From Ilumatobacteraceae bacterium (GTDB lineage Bacteria > Actinomycetota > Acidimicrobiia > Acidimicrobiales > Ilumatobacteraceae): DNA of 64,000 bases. The notes below the pieces were generated by a model. It was given only the letters and a program-made list of their open reading frames with translations. It was not told where the DNA came from and did not search any database. Shown one piece after another: positions 55,366 to 63,085 of this stretch (positions are counted from its first letter, which is position 1; every line of letters starts with the position of its first letter). Both the position numbers and the translations under genes were made by a program. The stretch is taken from positions 35,976 to 99,975 of the forward strand of contig JBEBGL010000007.1 in the NCBI GenBank assembly GCA_040081465.1. Direction: 5' to 3'.

Positions 55366-56373
55366 ATGGATGAAAGAAAACAACTGATTGCGGGTTTGCC
55401 TAAGGCAGAGCTGCATATTCACATTGAAGGCAGCCTTGAGCCTGAGTTGATGTTTGAGTTGGCGCAGCGCAACGGCATCACTCTGCCTTACGCCGATGCT
55501 GAGGCGCTCCGCACGGCCTATCGCTTTGAGAGCCTGCAGGACTTTCTCGACTTGTTGTACCAGAGCATGTCGGTTCTGATCACGCAGCAGGACTTTCACG
55601 ACATGACCTGGGCCTACCTGCAGCGCTGCAAGGCGGACAATGTTGTGCACACCGAAATCTTCTTCGACCCACAAGCACATACCGAGCGGGGTGTTTCTTT
55701 CGCCACGGCGTTTGAGGGGATCTGGTCCGGACTGCAACAGGGTAAACAGGAGTTGGGCATCACCAGCCGGGTGATCATGTGCTTCTTGCGCCATCTCGAC
55801 GAACACAGCGCGTTTGCCACGCTGGAGGAGGCCTTGCCTTACTTGGACCGCATCGTCGGGGTGGGATTGGATTCATCCGAGTTAGGCCACCCACCCAGCG
55901 ATTTTTACCGTGTCTTTGAACGTGCTGCGGGCCTCGGACTCAGACGCGTAGCCCACGCCGGAGAAGAAGGGCCGCCCGAGTATGTGTATGAAGCCCTGCA
56001 CGGCCTGAAGGTAGACCGCATCGACCACGGCAACCGTGCGCTCGAGGACGAAAACCTGGTGGCGGAACTGGTTGAGCGACAGATGCCGCTGACGGTCTGC
56101 CCGCTATCCAATCTGCGGCTTGCCGTGATCAACGACATGGCGCACCATCCCATACGCCGCATGCTGGAGGCAGGGCTTATTGCCACGGTCAACTCCGATG
56201 ATCCAGCCTATGGCGGTTACATCAATGACAATTTCAATGCCCTGGTGGATGCGGTGAATCTCGAAAGAAGCGAAATCATCCAGCTGGTCAGGAACAGCTT
56301 TTCCGCTTCCTTTCTCGACTCGCATGCGAAACAGCGTCACCTCGATGAAGTGCAGCGCATGGTTTCAGCCTGA
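55366..56373 (+). CDS. Adenosine/adenine deaminase family protein (proteobacterial Ade-like)
   Basis: LPKAELHIHIEGSLEPELMF metal-binding HxH, HAGEEGPPEY and VNSDDPAY motifs. GC is visibly lower and codon choice differs from the flanks. Confidence 0.85.
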   Translation: MDERKQLIAGLPKAELHIHIEGSLEPELMFELAQRNGITLPYADAEALRTAYRFESLQDFLDLLYQSMSVLITQQDFHDMTWAYLQRCKADNVVHTEIFFDPQAHTERGVSFATAFEGIWSGLQQGKQELGITSRVIMCFLRHLDEHSAFATLEEALPYLDRIVGVGLDSSELGHPPSDFYRVFERAAGLGLRRVAHAGEEGPPEYVYEALHGLKVDRIDHGNRALEDENLVAELVERQMPLTVCPLSNLRLAVINDMAHHPIRRMLEAGLIATVNSDDPAYGGYINDNFNALVDAVNLERSEIIQLVRNSFSASFLDSHAKQRHLDEVQRMVSA

Positions 56374-56398
56374 CGGAAGCCTGCTTGCAGCCTGTCAC

Positions 56399-56443
56399 CA
56401 CCCACCGCCACCGCCAACCTCAATACGTTCTTAATGCGACCCT
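56399..56443 (+). repeat. C-rich repeat family, copy B
   Basis: CACCCACCGCCACCGCCAACCTCAATACGTTCTTAATGCGACCCT lies between the deaminase stop and the kinase-like start. Confidence 0.7.
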
Positions 56444-56479
56444 CAAAATAGCCGTCCTGAGATCTGACAATCTGGTCCT

Positions 56480-56986
56480 GTGGAAGCGGTCTTGCTCACA
56501 GGCGTCTTCGGCGTGGGTAAGTCGACGGTTGCAGCTGAGATCGCCGATCTGTTGGAGGGTGTGGGTGTGCCCTATGCAGCTATCGACCTTGATTGGTTGA
56601 CGTGGTGCAACGTTGGCAGTCCGGATCTGAGAAACGGGGATGCGGTTCTACCGCGCAACCTCGCCTCCGTCATGGGCAACTATGCCGATGCCGGGGTTCG
56701 CTACTTCGTGCTTGCGCTATCGGTCCGCGATCAGGATCAGCTTGACATTCTGGCCGACACCGTGGCGATGCCGCTATACGTCGTTGAACTCGTTGTCTCC
56801 CTTGACGAGATCAAGGGCAGGTTGGGAACCGATCCGACAACTGGACGACGCGACGACCTGGCGGAGACGATTGCATGGATTGAGCAAGGGCACGGTACCG
56901 GATTCGCCGACCATGTCGTCGACAACACACGTCCAGTTCGCGTTGTCGCGACAGACATCCTCCAACGACTGGCGTGGCCGTCTTAG
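56480..56986 (+). CDS. P-loop NTPase / small-molecule kinase-like protein (AAA_33/CPT-like)
   Basis: Walker A GVFGVGKST at the extreme N-terminus, followed by AAIDLDW. 168 aa, GTG start. Confidence 0.65.
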   Translation: MEAVLLTGVFGVGKSTVAAEIADLLEGVGVPYAAIDLDWLTWCNVGSPDLRNGDAVLPRNLASVMGNYADAGVRYFVLALSVRDQDQLDILADTVAMPLYVVELVVSLDEIKGRLGTDPTTGRRDDLAETIAWIEQGHGTGFADHVVDNTRPVRVVATDILQRLAWPS

Positions 56987-57020
56987 CCGAGTCGCGCTGC
57001 AGATCGCAGCCGCTTGCGCA

Positions 57021-57065
57021 CACCCACCGCCACCCAACAACCTCGTCCACTCTTAATACGACCCT
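57021..57065 (+). repeat. C-rich repeat family, copy C
   Basis: CACCCACCGCCACCCAACAACCTCGTCCACTCTTAATACGACCCT begins 34 nt after the kinase-like stop and is preceded by a GCGCTGC-AGATC-GCAGCCGC hairpin. Confidence 0.7.
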
Positions 57066-57078
57066 GACGGGCAGGTAC

Positions 57079-57432
57079 TCAACGGGGCGTAATCTTCTTC
57101 GCGACCGAGGAGAACGTGAGGATCGGCTGCGCGTTCTGTTGCAACTCGGCCTGTACAAACACCATCGACTTCGTGTCACGCACGACGCGCCCCGTCGCAT
57201 GGATCGGAGTACCGGCAACCCCCGCGCCCACGAACTCGCAGTTGAAGGTCACGGTCACAGCGAACTGACCGTTCGAGGTGATGTACACCAGTGCGCCCAG
57301 CATGGCGTCGGCGAACGACATCAGCGCGCCGCCATGCACGATGCCGCCGCCGTTCGCATGCTTGCCTTCCGGTACGAACGCTCCACGCGTGCTTCCGTCC
57401 TTCTCGGTTCGGAAATAGAACGGACCGATCAT
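57079..57432 (-). CDS. PaaI/hotdog-fold thioesterase
   Basis: GGGIVHGGALMSFADAMLG motif. 117 aa. Confidence 0.8.
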   Translation of the reverse strand: MIGPFYFRTEKDGSTRGAFVPEGKHANGGGIVHGGALMSFADAMLGALVYITSNGQFAVTVTFNCEFVGAGVAGTPIHATGRVVRDTKSMVFVQAELQQNAQPILTFSSVAKKITPR

Positions 57433-57649
57433 GTCCTCGTAGGGATCACCGACCCAGCGCAGCTAGCCCTCGAATTCGCCGCCAGCAACGGTCTGCCAGC
57501 CATCTGTCCTACCAGTCGGACTCATGTCAGGACAGTACACGTCGATTCCGAATCGGCATCAGAATGCGCTTCGCCGCTGACAAAAACCACCAACCTGAGG
57601 TCGGTGACACCACTTGGTTTGACCTGGTGAACCCGGCGCGGCTCTGGCT

Positions 57650-58027
57650 CTAGTCAGTGTTGGAGTTCTGGGCGAAGACGGTTTGCCACTTTCCGTCGCG
57701 TCTTACCCATACGTGGGCGTAGCGATTTGAGCGGACGATCTTCTTTTCCGTTCCATCGGCTTGCGGCATCCGGCCGTGCAAAGTCGCGCGGCCAGTTGAG
57801 ATCGCCGTGTCGCCGTACACCTCAATCTTGGTGTCCTCGCGTGGGTACTCGTCGACGATCATCGGGTTTGCGGCAAGGCGCTCTAACACCATTGCTCGCG
57901 TCACTCGTTCGCCGCTCGGAGACACTTCCCAGAACTCGGGCGCAAGCAAGTGACCGACGTTTGCGCGGTTGGAGGGATCGGCGTAGATGCTTTCCTCGAG
58001 AGCGCGGACTTCGTCTTCGGCGCTCAT
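57650..58027 (-). CDS. SnoaL-like / DUF4440 (NTF2-fold) protein
   Basis: 125 aa. The C-terminal RYAHVWVRRDGKWQTVFAQ segment is typical of DUF4440. Confidence 0.7.
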   Translation of the reverse strand: MSAEDEVRALEESIYADPSNRANVGHLLAPEFWEVSPSGERVTRAMVLERLAANPMIVDEYPREDTKIEVYGDTAISTGRATLHGRMPQADGTEKKIVRSNRYAHVWVRRDGKWQTVFAQNSNTD

Positions 58028-59160
58028 CGGCCGGCAATCAGGATCGGGTCGCCGAGCAGTTCCGGCCGAGGGGTTGCACCCATGCCGGGCGCATCGGGGT
58101 TGCGAAGTTTGGCGGTACCGCCGTCCATGTACACGCCCTCATCTCCTTTGACGATGTCTTCGATAGTGCGTGTGAACTGCGTGCCACCGCAGTCGGGCAG
58201 CGACGCGTGATAGGTGGTCGAGAAGTGGATCATCATCGTCGAGGCAAGACGCGTCTGAATCACGTTGTCGTGTCGATACCCGAGGCCCGCGGCCTCACAC
58301 ATGTCGAGCATCTTGCATGCTTCGAATATTCCACCGGTGCGCAGGATCTTTAGGTTGATCAGGTCTGCGATGTCGCGCCGAATGATCTCAGCCACAACGC
58401 TCGACGTGCCGCAACTTTCGTCGGCGATCACTGGAATCTTGATCGCGGCGTGGACTAGCGCGAGTTCCTCGAGCCCTTTGACCGGCTGCTCGACGTAGAC
58501 ATTGAATTCCTCGAGTCGCGGCAGCACTGCAATCGCCTCGTCAACGGTCCAACCCTGGTTCGGGTCGGCAACGATGACGACGTCGGGGCCGGCGGCTTCG
58601 CGAATTGCAGCGATGCGCGCGATCTCGGTTTCAAGATCAAGTTCACCCTGGAACCGGCCGAGCTTGACCTCGATCGTTCGGAACCCTTCAGCGACGCGCG
58701 CTGCTGTGTCCTCACCCATTTCCTCGGGCGTGCGAATGCTGATCGAGAAGTGCATCGGCACGCCGTCGTCGTAGCTGCCGCCTAGCAACTTGTACACGGG
58801 CACACCTGCGGCCTTGCCCATCAGATCGTGCAGCGCGAAATCGAGGCTGCCTTTCAGCAGTAGCTCGCGACTCGTGCGCTCTTCGCTGATTGTTCCGTCG
58901 ATGCGAGCGTAAATCTCGCGAAGGTTGAACGGGTCTTGACCGATGATCGCCGCGGCTAACGGCTTGAGTTCTTCGATGCACTTGGCGCGGTCGTTGAGTG
59001 GCAGTGGCATCAGTTCGCCATAACCGACTAAACCGTCGTCGGTGGTCACGCGCACGATTGCGTTCTGCATCGCATCGATAACGCCGTATGAAACCAGGAA
59101 CTCTTTGCCCGGCTTGTAGCGCAGGTCGACCGGGAAGGCTTCAACGCGAACGATCTTCAT
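58024..59160 (-). CDS. Mandelate racemase / muconate lactonizing enzyme (enolase superfamily)
   Basis: MKIVRVEAFPV N-terminus. Metal-ligand regions VIVADPNQGW, VEQP and ADES are present. Confidence 0.85.
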   Translation of the reverse strand: MKIVRVEAFPVDLRYKPGKEFLVSYGVIDAMQNAIVRVTTDDGLVGYGELMPLPLNDRAKCIEELKPLAAAIIGQDPFNLREIYARIDGTISEERTSRELLLKGSLDFALHDLMGKAAGVPVYKLLGGSYDDGVPMHFSISIRTPEEMGEDTAARVAEGFRTIEVKLGRFQGELDLETEIARIAAIREAAGPDVVIVADPNQGWTVDEAIAVLPRLEEFNVYVEQPVKGLEELALVHAAIKIPVIADESCGTSSVVAEIIRRDIADLINLKILRTGGIFEACKMLDMCEAAGLGYRHDNVIQTRLASTMMIHFSTTYHASLPDCGGTQFTRTIEDIVKGDEGVYMDGGTAKLRNPDAPGMGATPRPELLGDPILIAGR

Positions 59161-60377
59161 GAGCGGAACCACCGAGTGCCAGGCGAGAACGTCGCGGGCA
59201 AATCGAACATGCCGTACACAATGCCGACTGTCTCGGGTCGGGTAGCGGCGTCCATATCGATCTCGTAATCCGGCATTCTCTGCAGCACACCGTTGAGCGT
59301 TATCTCAATCTGGCGACGCGCAAGGTTTGAACCAAGACAACGATGGGCGCCGAGTCCGAACGTCATGTGACGGTTCGGGAACCGATCGAGCTGCAACTCG
59401 TCTGGGTTTTCGAATGCGTCGGCATCGCGATTGCCCGAAGCCCACATCAGAAGCAGTTTGTCGCCGGCTTTGATCTGTTTGCCGCCAACAACGGCGTCGA
59501 CCATTGCTGTTCGCGCAAGCGCAACCTGCGGCGCCTCGAACCGCAAGAACTCTTCCATTGCAGCGACCATCAGGCTCGGGTCGTCGATCAAACGCTTACG
59601 AGCATCGCGATCGCGGTCGAGATGAATCAGCGCGTTCGAAATTGCCGAGCCCGTCGTGTCGAAGCCGCCTTGGATGGTGAGGTACGCCATCTCCTTGACT
59701 TCGGCGTCGGTCACCGGTCGTCCGTCGACCGTGCACCCAATGAGATACGAGATCATGTCGTCGCGCGGCGATTCACGACGCGACGCGATCGTCTCGTAAA
59801 GCAGATCGGAGATCGCGCCGAGTTTCGCGATGGCCCCCGCGCGCTCGGGATTCTCTTGCCGCAGGAAGACAACCTGATGCATGGGTTCCGCGATCTCTTT
59901 CCAGCGCTCGACTGGCAAGCCGAGCTTGTACAGCGTCGACATCGCGGGCACCGGCTCGGCAAGATCGTGCACAAAGTCACAACTACCCGACTCGATGAAG
60001 CTGTCAATCGCCCCGTGCACAAACCGTTCGATCACCGGCGTCATGCGATCGACGGCTGCTGGCGACAGCATCGGATGCAGAATCCGTCGGAACATCAGGA
60101 AGTCGGGCGGATCCATTTCGATTGGAATCGATCGTTGTCCAACATTCTTCTTGTCGGGGACTGTTAGGCCATTCGCCGATGAAAACCGCAGGTCGTCGCT
60201 CGCAACTTCTTTGATGTCGGCGTACGACGTGAGTATCCAAAAGCCGCCGTAATTCTCGGAGTACGCGACGGGGCACGTCTCGCGAAGTTCGCGCAACGGC
60301 GTCCACGGGTCGGCTGCGAACTCGCGCGAGTGATGATCGAAAACAACAGGGCAGCGCGCGTCAGCCTCTGGGCTCAT
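59157..60377 (-). CDS. Cytochrome P450
   Basis: Heme-binding loop FGLGAHRCLGSNLA, an EEFLRF (ExxR) motif and a GGFDTT I-helix. Confidence 0.9.
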   Translation of the reverse strand: MSPEADARCPVVFDHHSREFAADPWTPLRELRETCPVAYSENYGGFWILTSYADIKEVASDDLRFSSANGLTVPDKKNVGQRSIPIEMDPPDFLMFRRILHPMLSPAAVDRMTPVIERFVHGAIDSFIESGSCDFVHDLAEPVPAMSTLYKLGLPVERWKEIAEPMHQVVFLRQENPERAGAIAKLGAISDLLYETIASRRESPRDDMISYLIGCTVDGRPVTDAEVKEMAYLTIQGGFDTTGSAISNALIHLDRDRDARKRLIDDPSLMVAAMEEFLRFEAPQVALARTAMVDAVVGGKQIKAGDKLLLMWASGNRDADAFENPDELQLDRFPNRHMTFGLGAHRCLGSNLARRQIEITLNGVLQRMPDYEIDMDAATRPETVGIVYGMFDLPATFSPGTRWFRS

Positions 60378-60412
60378 TCGGCAAACATATCAGTCTGGAC
60401 ATGATCAAATTG

Positions 60413-60429
60413 ATTTGAGTACACTCAAT
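60413..60429. promoter_or_regulatory. Operator-like quasi-palindrome, site 6 (ATTTGAGTACACTCAAT, one extra nt)
   Basis: It lies in the divergent region between the P450 gene and the MFS::ABC fusion gene. Confidence 0.3.
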
Positions 60430-60463
60430 CACGCGTCTCACCGGCGCCAGATGGGGGCAGGCC

Positions 60464-62656
60464 GTGACGGCAACGGAGCAAGTGAGTCGTTCGATTTTGT
60501 CGCCGACGCTCACGCCGCGCCCCGACTTTCACATCACTCGCAAGCTCGTCGGAGTTCCCAAGTGGCCGCTCGCGCTGCTGACGATGATCTACACGATCAA
60601 CGTCAGCGATCAGTACGTGCTGCCAGCAATGTTTCCGTTGTTGAAGCGTGAGTTCGGACTCTCCGACACGGGCCTTGGAGTTCTTGCCGGTTCGTACCTC
60701 ATCAGCGTGACGCTGTTTACGGTTCCGTTCGGAGTTGTTGCTGACCGCTTCAACAGAACGCGCATCATCGCGTGGGGGACCACGGCCTGGGGCATGACGA
60801 TGATTTTCACGGGGGCGGCGAACGGCTTCGCCATGTTGCTCATCGGCCGCATGGTGCTGGGTATGTGGGACCCGTGCGACAACCCGACATCGCAATCGCT
60901 GCTCGCCGACTACTACCCGGTGAACCAACGCTCGAAGGTGATGGGCATCTATCAGGTGGGGCAACTCGCCGGATTCGTGTTGCTGCCGATCGCCGGAATC
61001 ATGAGCCAGGCGTGGGGTTGGCGCGCAACGTTCTACTTCTTCGCGCTTCCCGCCTTCGTCGTTGCCGCGCTTGCATGGCGATTGCAGGAACCGATCCGCG
61101 GCAACCAAGATCGCAAGCATCAGCGGTTGGCCGAGATTACCGATGAACAGCGAGTGGCTGAGGCAACGCCGCAGGTTGCAGTCGAAGGATTCGCTGCGTA
61201 CAAGGGCCTGTTCAGAATCAAGTCGTACATGGCGATGCTCATCTCGGCTTCTGCGGGCAGCTTGTTCTTCGGTGGCATCGGAGTCTGGGCGCCAACGTTC
61301 CTCATCCGCTATCACGACCTCTCCATCGCGGCCGCGACTTCCAGCATCGCGGTGGTTGCGGTCGGTGGTCTGATCGGTGCCCTCGTCTCAGGGAACCTTG
61401 CTGACTATCTGACGCAGCACAAGCATCCTTCGGCTCGCATCACCGTCGCCGGTTTCGCTCGAGTGCTCTCGGTGCCGTTCTTCCTCATTGCCTTCAGTGT
61501 TCCGCAGATCTCGCTGGTGCTGCTTTCGCTCGCGATCGCAGCGATGTTCCTTGTCGCAGGCATCCCGCCTACAAATGCGGCTCGCGTCGACGTGTTGCAC
61601 CCCCACCTTCGCGGCCGGGGTTCGTCGCTCGATGCTGTTTGCCAAGGCTTGGCATCGGCGTTCGCACCAATCCTGTTCGGAATTCTCTCGGATGCGACGA
61701 ACCTTCGAACGACCTTCCTAATTCTCTCGCCACTGGCCGCCGTCGCCGGCATCATGCTGTTGACGCTCGGCCTCGCGAGCTACAGCAAGGACGCGAGAGC
61801 AGTTCGCGATCAGGTTCGTCGTGAGCACTTCGCCAGTCTCGGTTTCGCCGATGGCGGGGCGCACGAAGAGATCGGCGTCGCAGAACCCGACGACGAGCCC
61901 ACGCTGTCCGAGGCCGTCAAGGCTTGGGTGCCCACGGACGGTGCGATGCTCGACGTGAAGTCGCTGGACTTCTCGTACGGGCCGATCCAGGTTTTGTTCG
62001 GTGTCGACATGGCTATTCCGCAAGGTGGCTGTCACGCGCTGGTTGGCCGCAACGGCGTCGGCAAGACCACGCTCTTGTCGAACATTGGCGGGCTGCTAGA
62101 TGCGCAGGGCGGCCAGATCTTCTATCGCGGTCAGGACCTGACGGGTATCCCGCCCGATCAGCGAACCAAACTCGGCATCACGCTGATGGCGGCCGGTCGA
62201 TCGACGTTTCCATCGCTCAGTGTTCGCGACAACCTGATGTTCGGCTCGTATCCATTCACTGGTAGCCATGAGCTTGCCGCACAACGCCTTGAGGAGATCT
62301 TGGAAATCTTCGCGCCGCTGAAGGGACGACTCGATCAGCGCGCTGGAACACTTTCGGGTGGCGAACAACAGATGGTCGCACTCGGCCGCGCGCTTGTTGC
62401 CGGGCCAGATCTGCTGCTGATCGACGAACTCAGCTTGGGCTTGGCGCCGACGATCACCAGCCAATTGCTCGACGTGCTCGATCAGGTGCTTGAGTTCGGA
62501 ACAACGATTCTGCTTGTGGAGCAATCAATTGGCGTTGCGTTAGCCGTCGCCGACACCGTGTTCTTCATGGACCGCGGCGTTGTTGAACCGCTCGGCCCGG
62601 CAGACAATCTCGATGCCGCTGCGCTAACACGTCGCCTGATTGAGGGTCGTGTATGA
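60464..62656 (+). CDS. Fusion protein: N-terminal MFS transporter (~12 TM) plus C-terminal LivF-type ABC ATPase
   Basis: A single uninterrupted 730-codon ORF. MFS loop motif GVVADRFNRTRII. The ABC part has Walker A GRNGVGKTT, signature LSGGEQQM and Walker B LLLIDELS. Confidence 0.75.
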   Translation: MTATEQVSRSILSPTLTPRPDFHITRKLVGVPKWPLALLTMIYTINVSDQYVLPAMFPLLKREFGLSDTGLGVLAGSYLISVTLFTVPFGVVADRFNRTRIIAWGTTAWGMTMIFTGAANGFAMLLIGRMVLGMWDPCDNPTSQSLLADYYPVNQRSKVMGIYQVGQLAGFVLLPIAGIMSQAWGWRATFYFFALPAFVVAALAWRLQEPIRGNQDRKHQRLAEITDEQRVAEATPQVAVEGFAAYKGLFRIKSYMAMLISASAGSLFFGGIGVWAPTFLIRYHDLSIAAATSSIAVVAVGGLIGALVSGNLADYLTQHKHPSARITVAGFARVLSVPFFLIAFSVPQISLVLLSLAIAAMFLVAGIPPTNAARVDVLHPHLRGRGSSLDAVCQGLASAFAPILFGILSDATNLRTTFLILSPLAAVAGIMLLTLGLASYSKDARAVRDQVRREHFASLGFADGGAHEEIGVAEPDDEPTLSEAVKAWVPTDGAMLDVKSLDFSYGPIQVLFGVDMAIPQGGCHALVGRNGVGKTTLLSNIGGLLDAQGGQIFYRGQDLTGIPPDQRTKLGITLMAAGRSTFPSLSVRDNLMFGSYPFTGSHELAAQRLEEILEIFAPLKGRLDQRAGTLSGGEQQMVALGRALVAGPDLLLIDELSLGLAPTITSQLLDVLDQVLEFGTTILLVEQSIGVALAVADTVFFMDRGVVEPLGPADNLDAAALTRRLIEGRV

Positions 62657-63081
62657 GCAAGTCAGCGCTATCGACGAAGTTTTGGACTCCCAGGATTCAA
62701 CGCGGCATCTTTCTTGCCATTGTCACGCTCGGAACAGGTTTGGGTTTCGTGCTTGGGGTCCGCGAAGCGACGCAGACGCCGGTGTTGAAGATCGGCGAGC
62801 CACGTGTTCGCGTCGAGGGCACAACCGCCACGATCCAGATCACGGTCAAGAACATGTCCGAGAACACCATCTACTGCCCCCGTGTTGGGATCGCTGCCGT
62901 GGACAGAGACGGTCTCGATCTCGACTCTGGCGTTGCCGAGCCGGATTCGACCGACGGCCGACTCGAGCCACGCGCGAGCGCGAACTTCATTGGCACACTG
63001 ACCGAGCTCACACAAGAAGAGCTCGACGAAGAGCTCGACGAGTACGTGGCCTTCATCATCGACAAGAATCCGTGCGAGTGA
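62653..63081 (+). CDS. Membrane-anchored hypothetical protein
   Basis: One N-terminal TM segment and an acidic C-terminus. It has a 4-nt overlap with the upstream gene. Confidence 0.45.
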   Translation: MSKSALSTKFWTPRIQRGIFLAIVTLGTGLGFVLGVREATQTPVLKIGEPRVRVEGTTATIQITVKNMSENTIYCPRVGIAAVDRDGLDLDSGVAEPDSTDGRLEPRASANFIGTLTELTQEELDEELDEYVAFIIDKNPCE

Positions 63082-63085
63082 TGGC

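Noticed and set aside
55086-57065. Classical integron (attC sites, or a CALIN, i.e. attC cluster lacking an integrase)
   Set aside because: The repeats have no internal imperfect palindrome and no paired RYYYAAC / GTTRRRY boxes in inverted orientation. Only copy C has an ACCCAAC, with no partner. No intI is in the window. The cassette-like layout is kept as a finding, but not as an integron.
57051-57073. Resemblance of TAATACGAC in repeat copy C to the first 9 nt of the T7 RNA polymerase promoter (TAATACGACTCACTATAG)
   Set aside because: Only the first 9 nt match. The copies diverge exactly where T7-group promoters are most conserved (-8 to +1), and the other copies read TAATGCGAC, TAGTACGAC or TAATAGCAC. 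No phage-type RNA polymerase or other phage genes are present.
57578-57610. Possible sixth, degenerate member of the C-rich repeat family (ACCACCAACCTGAGGTCGGTGACACC)
   Set aside because: It shares only the CCAACCTG core and a terminal CACC, and the TAAT segment is missing. It is too degenerate to count without a genome-wide model.
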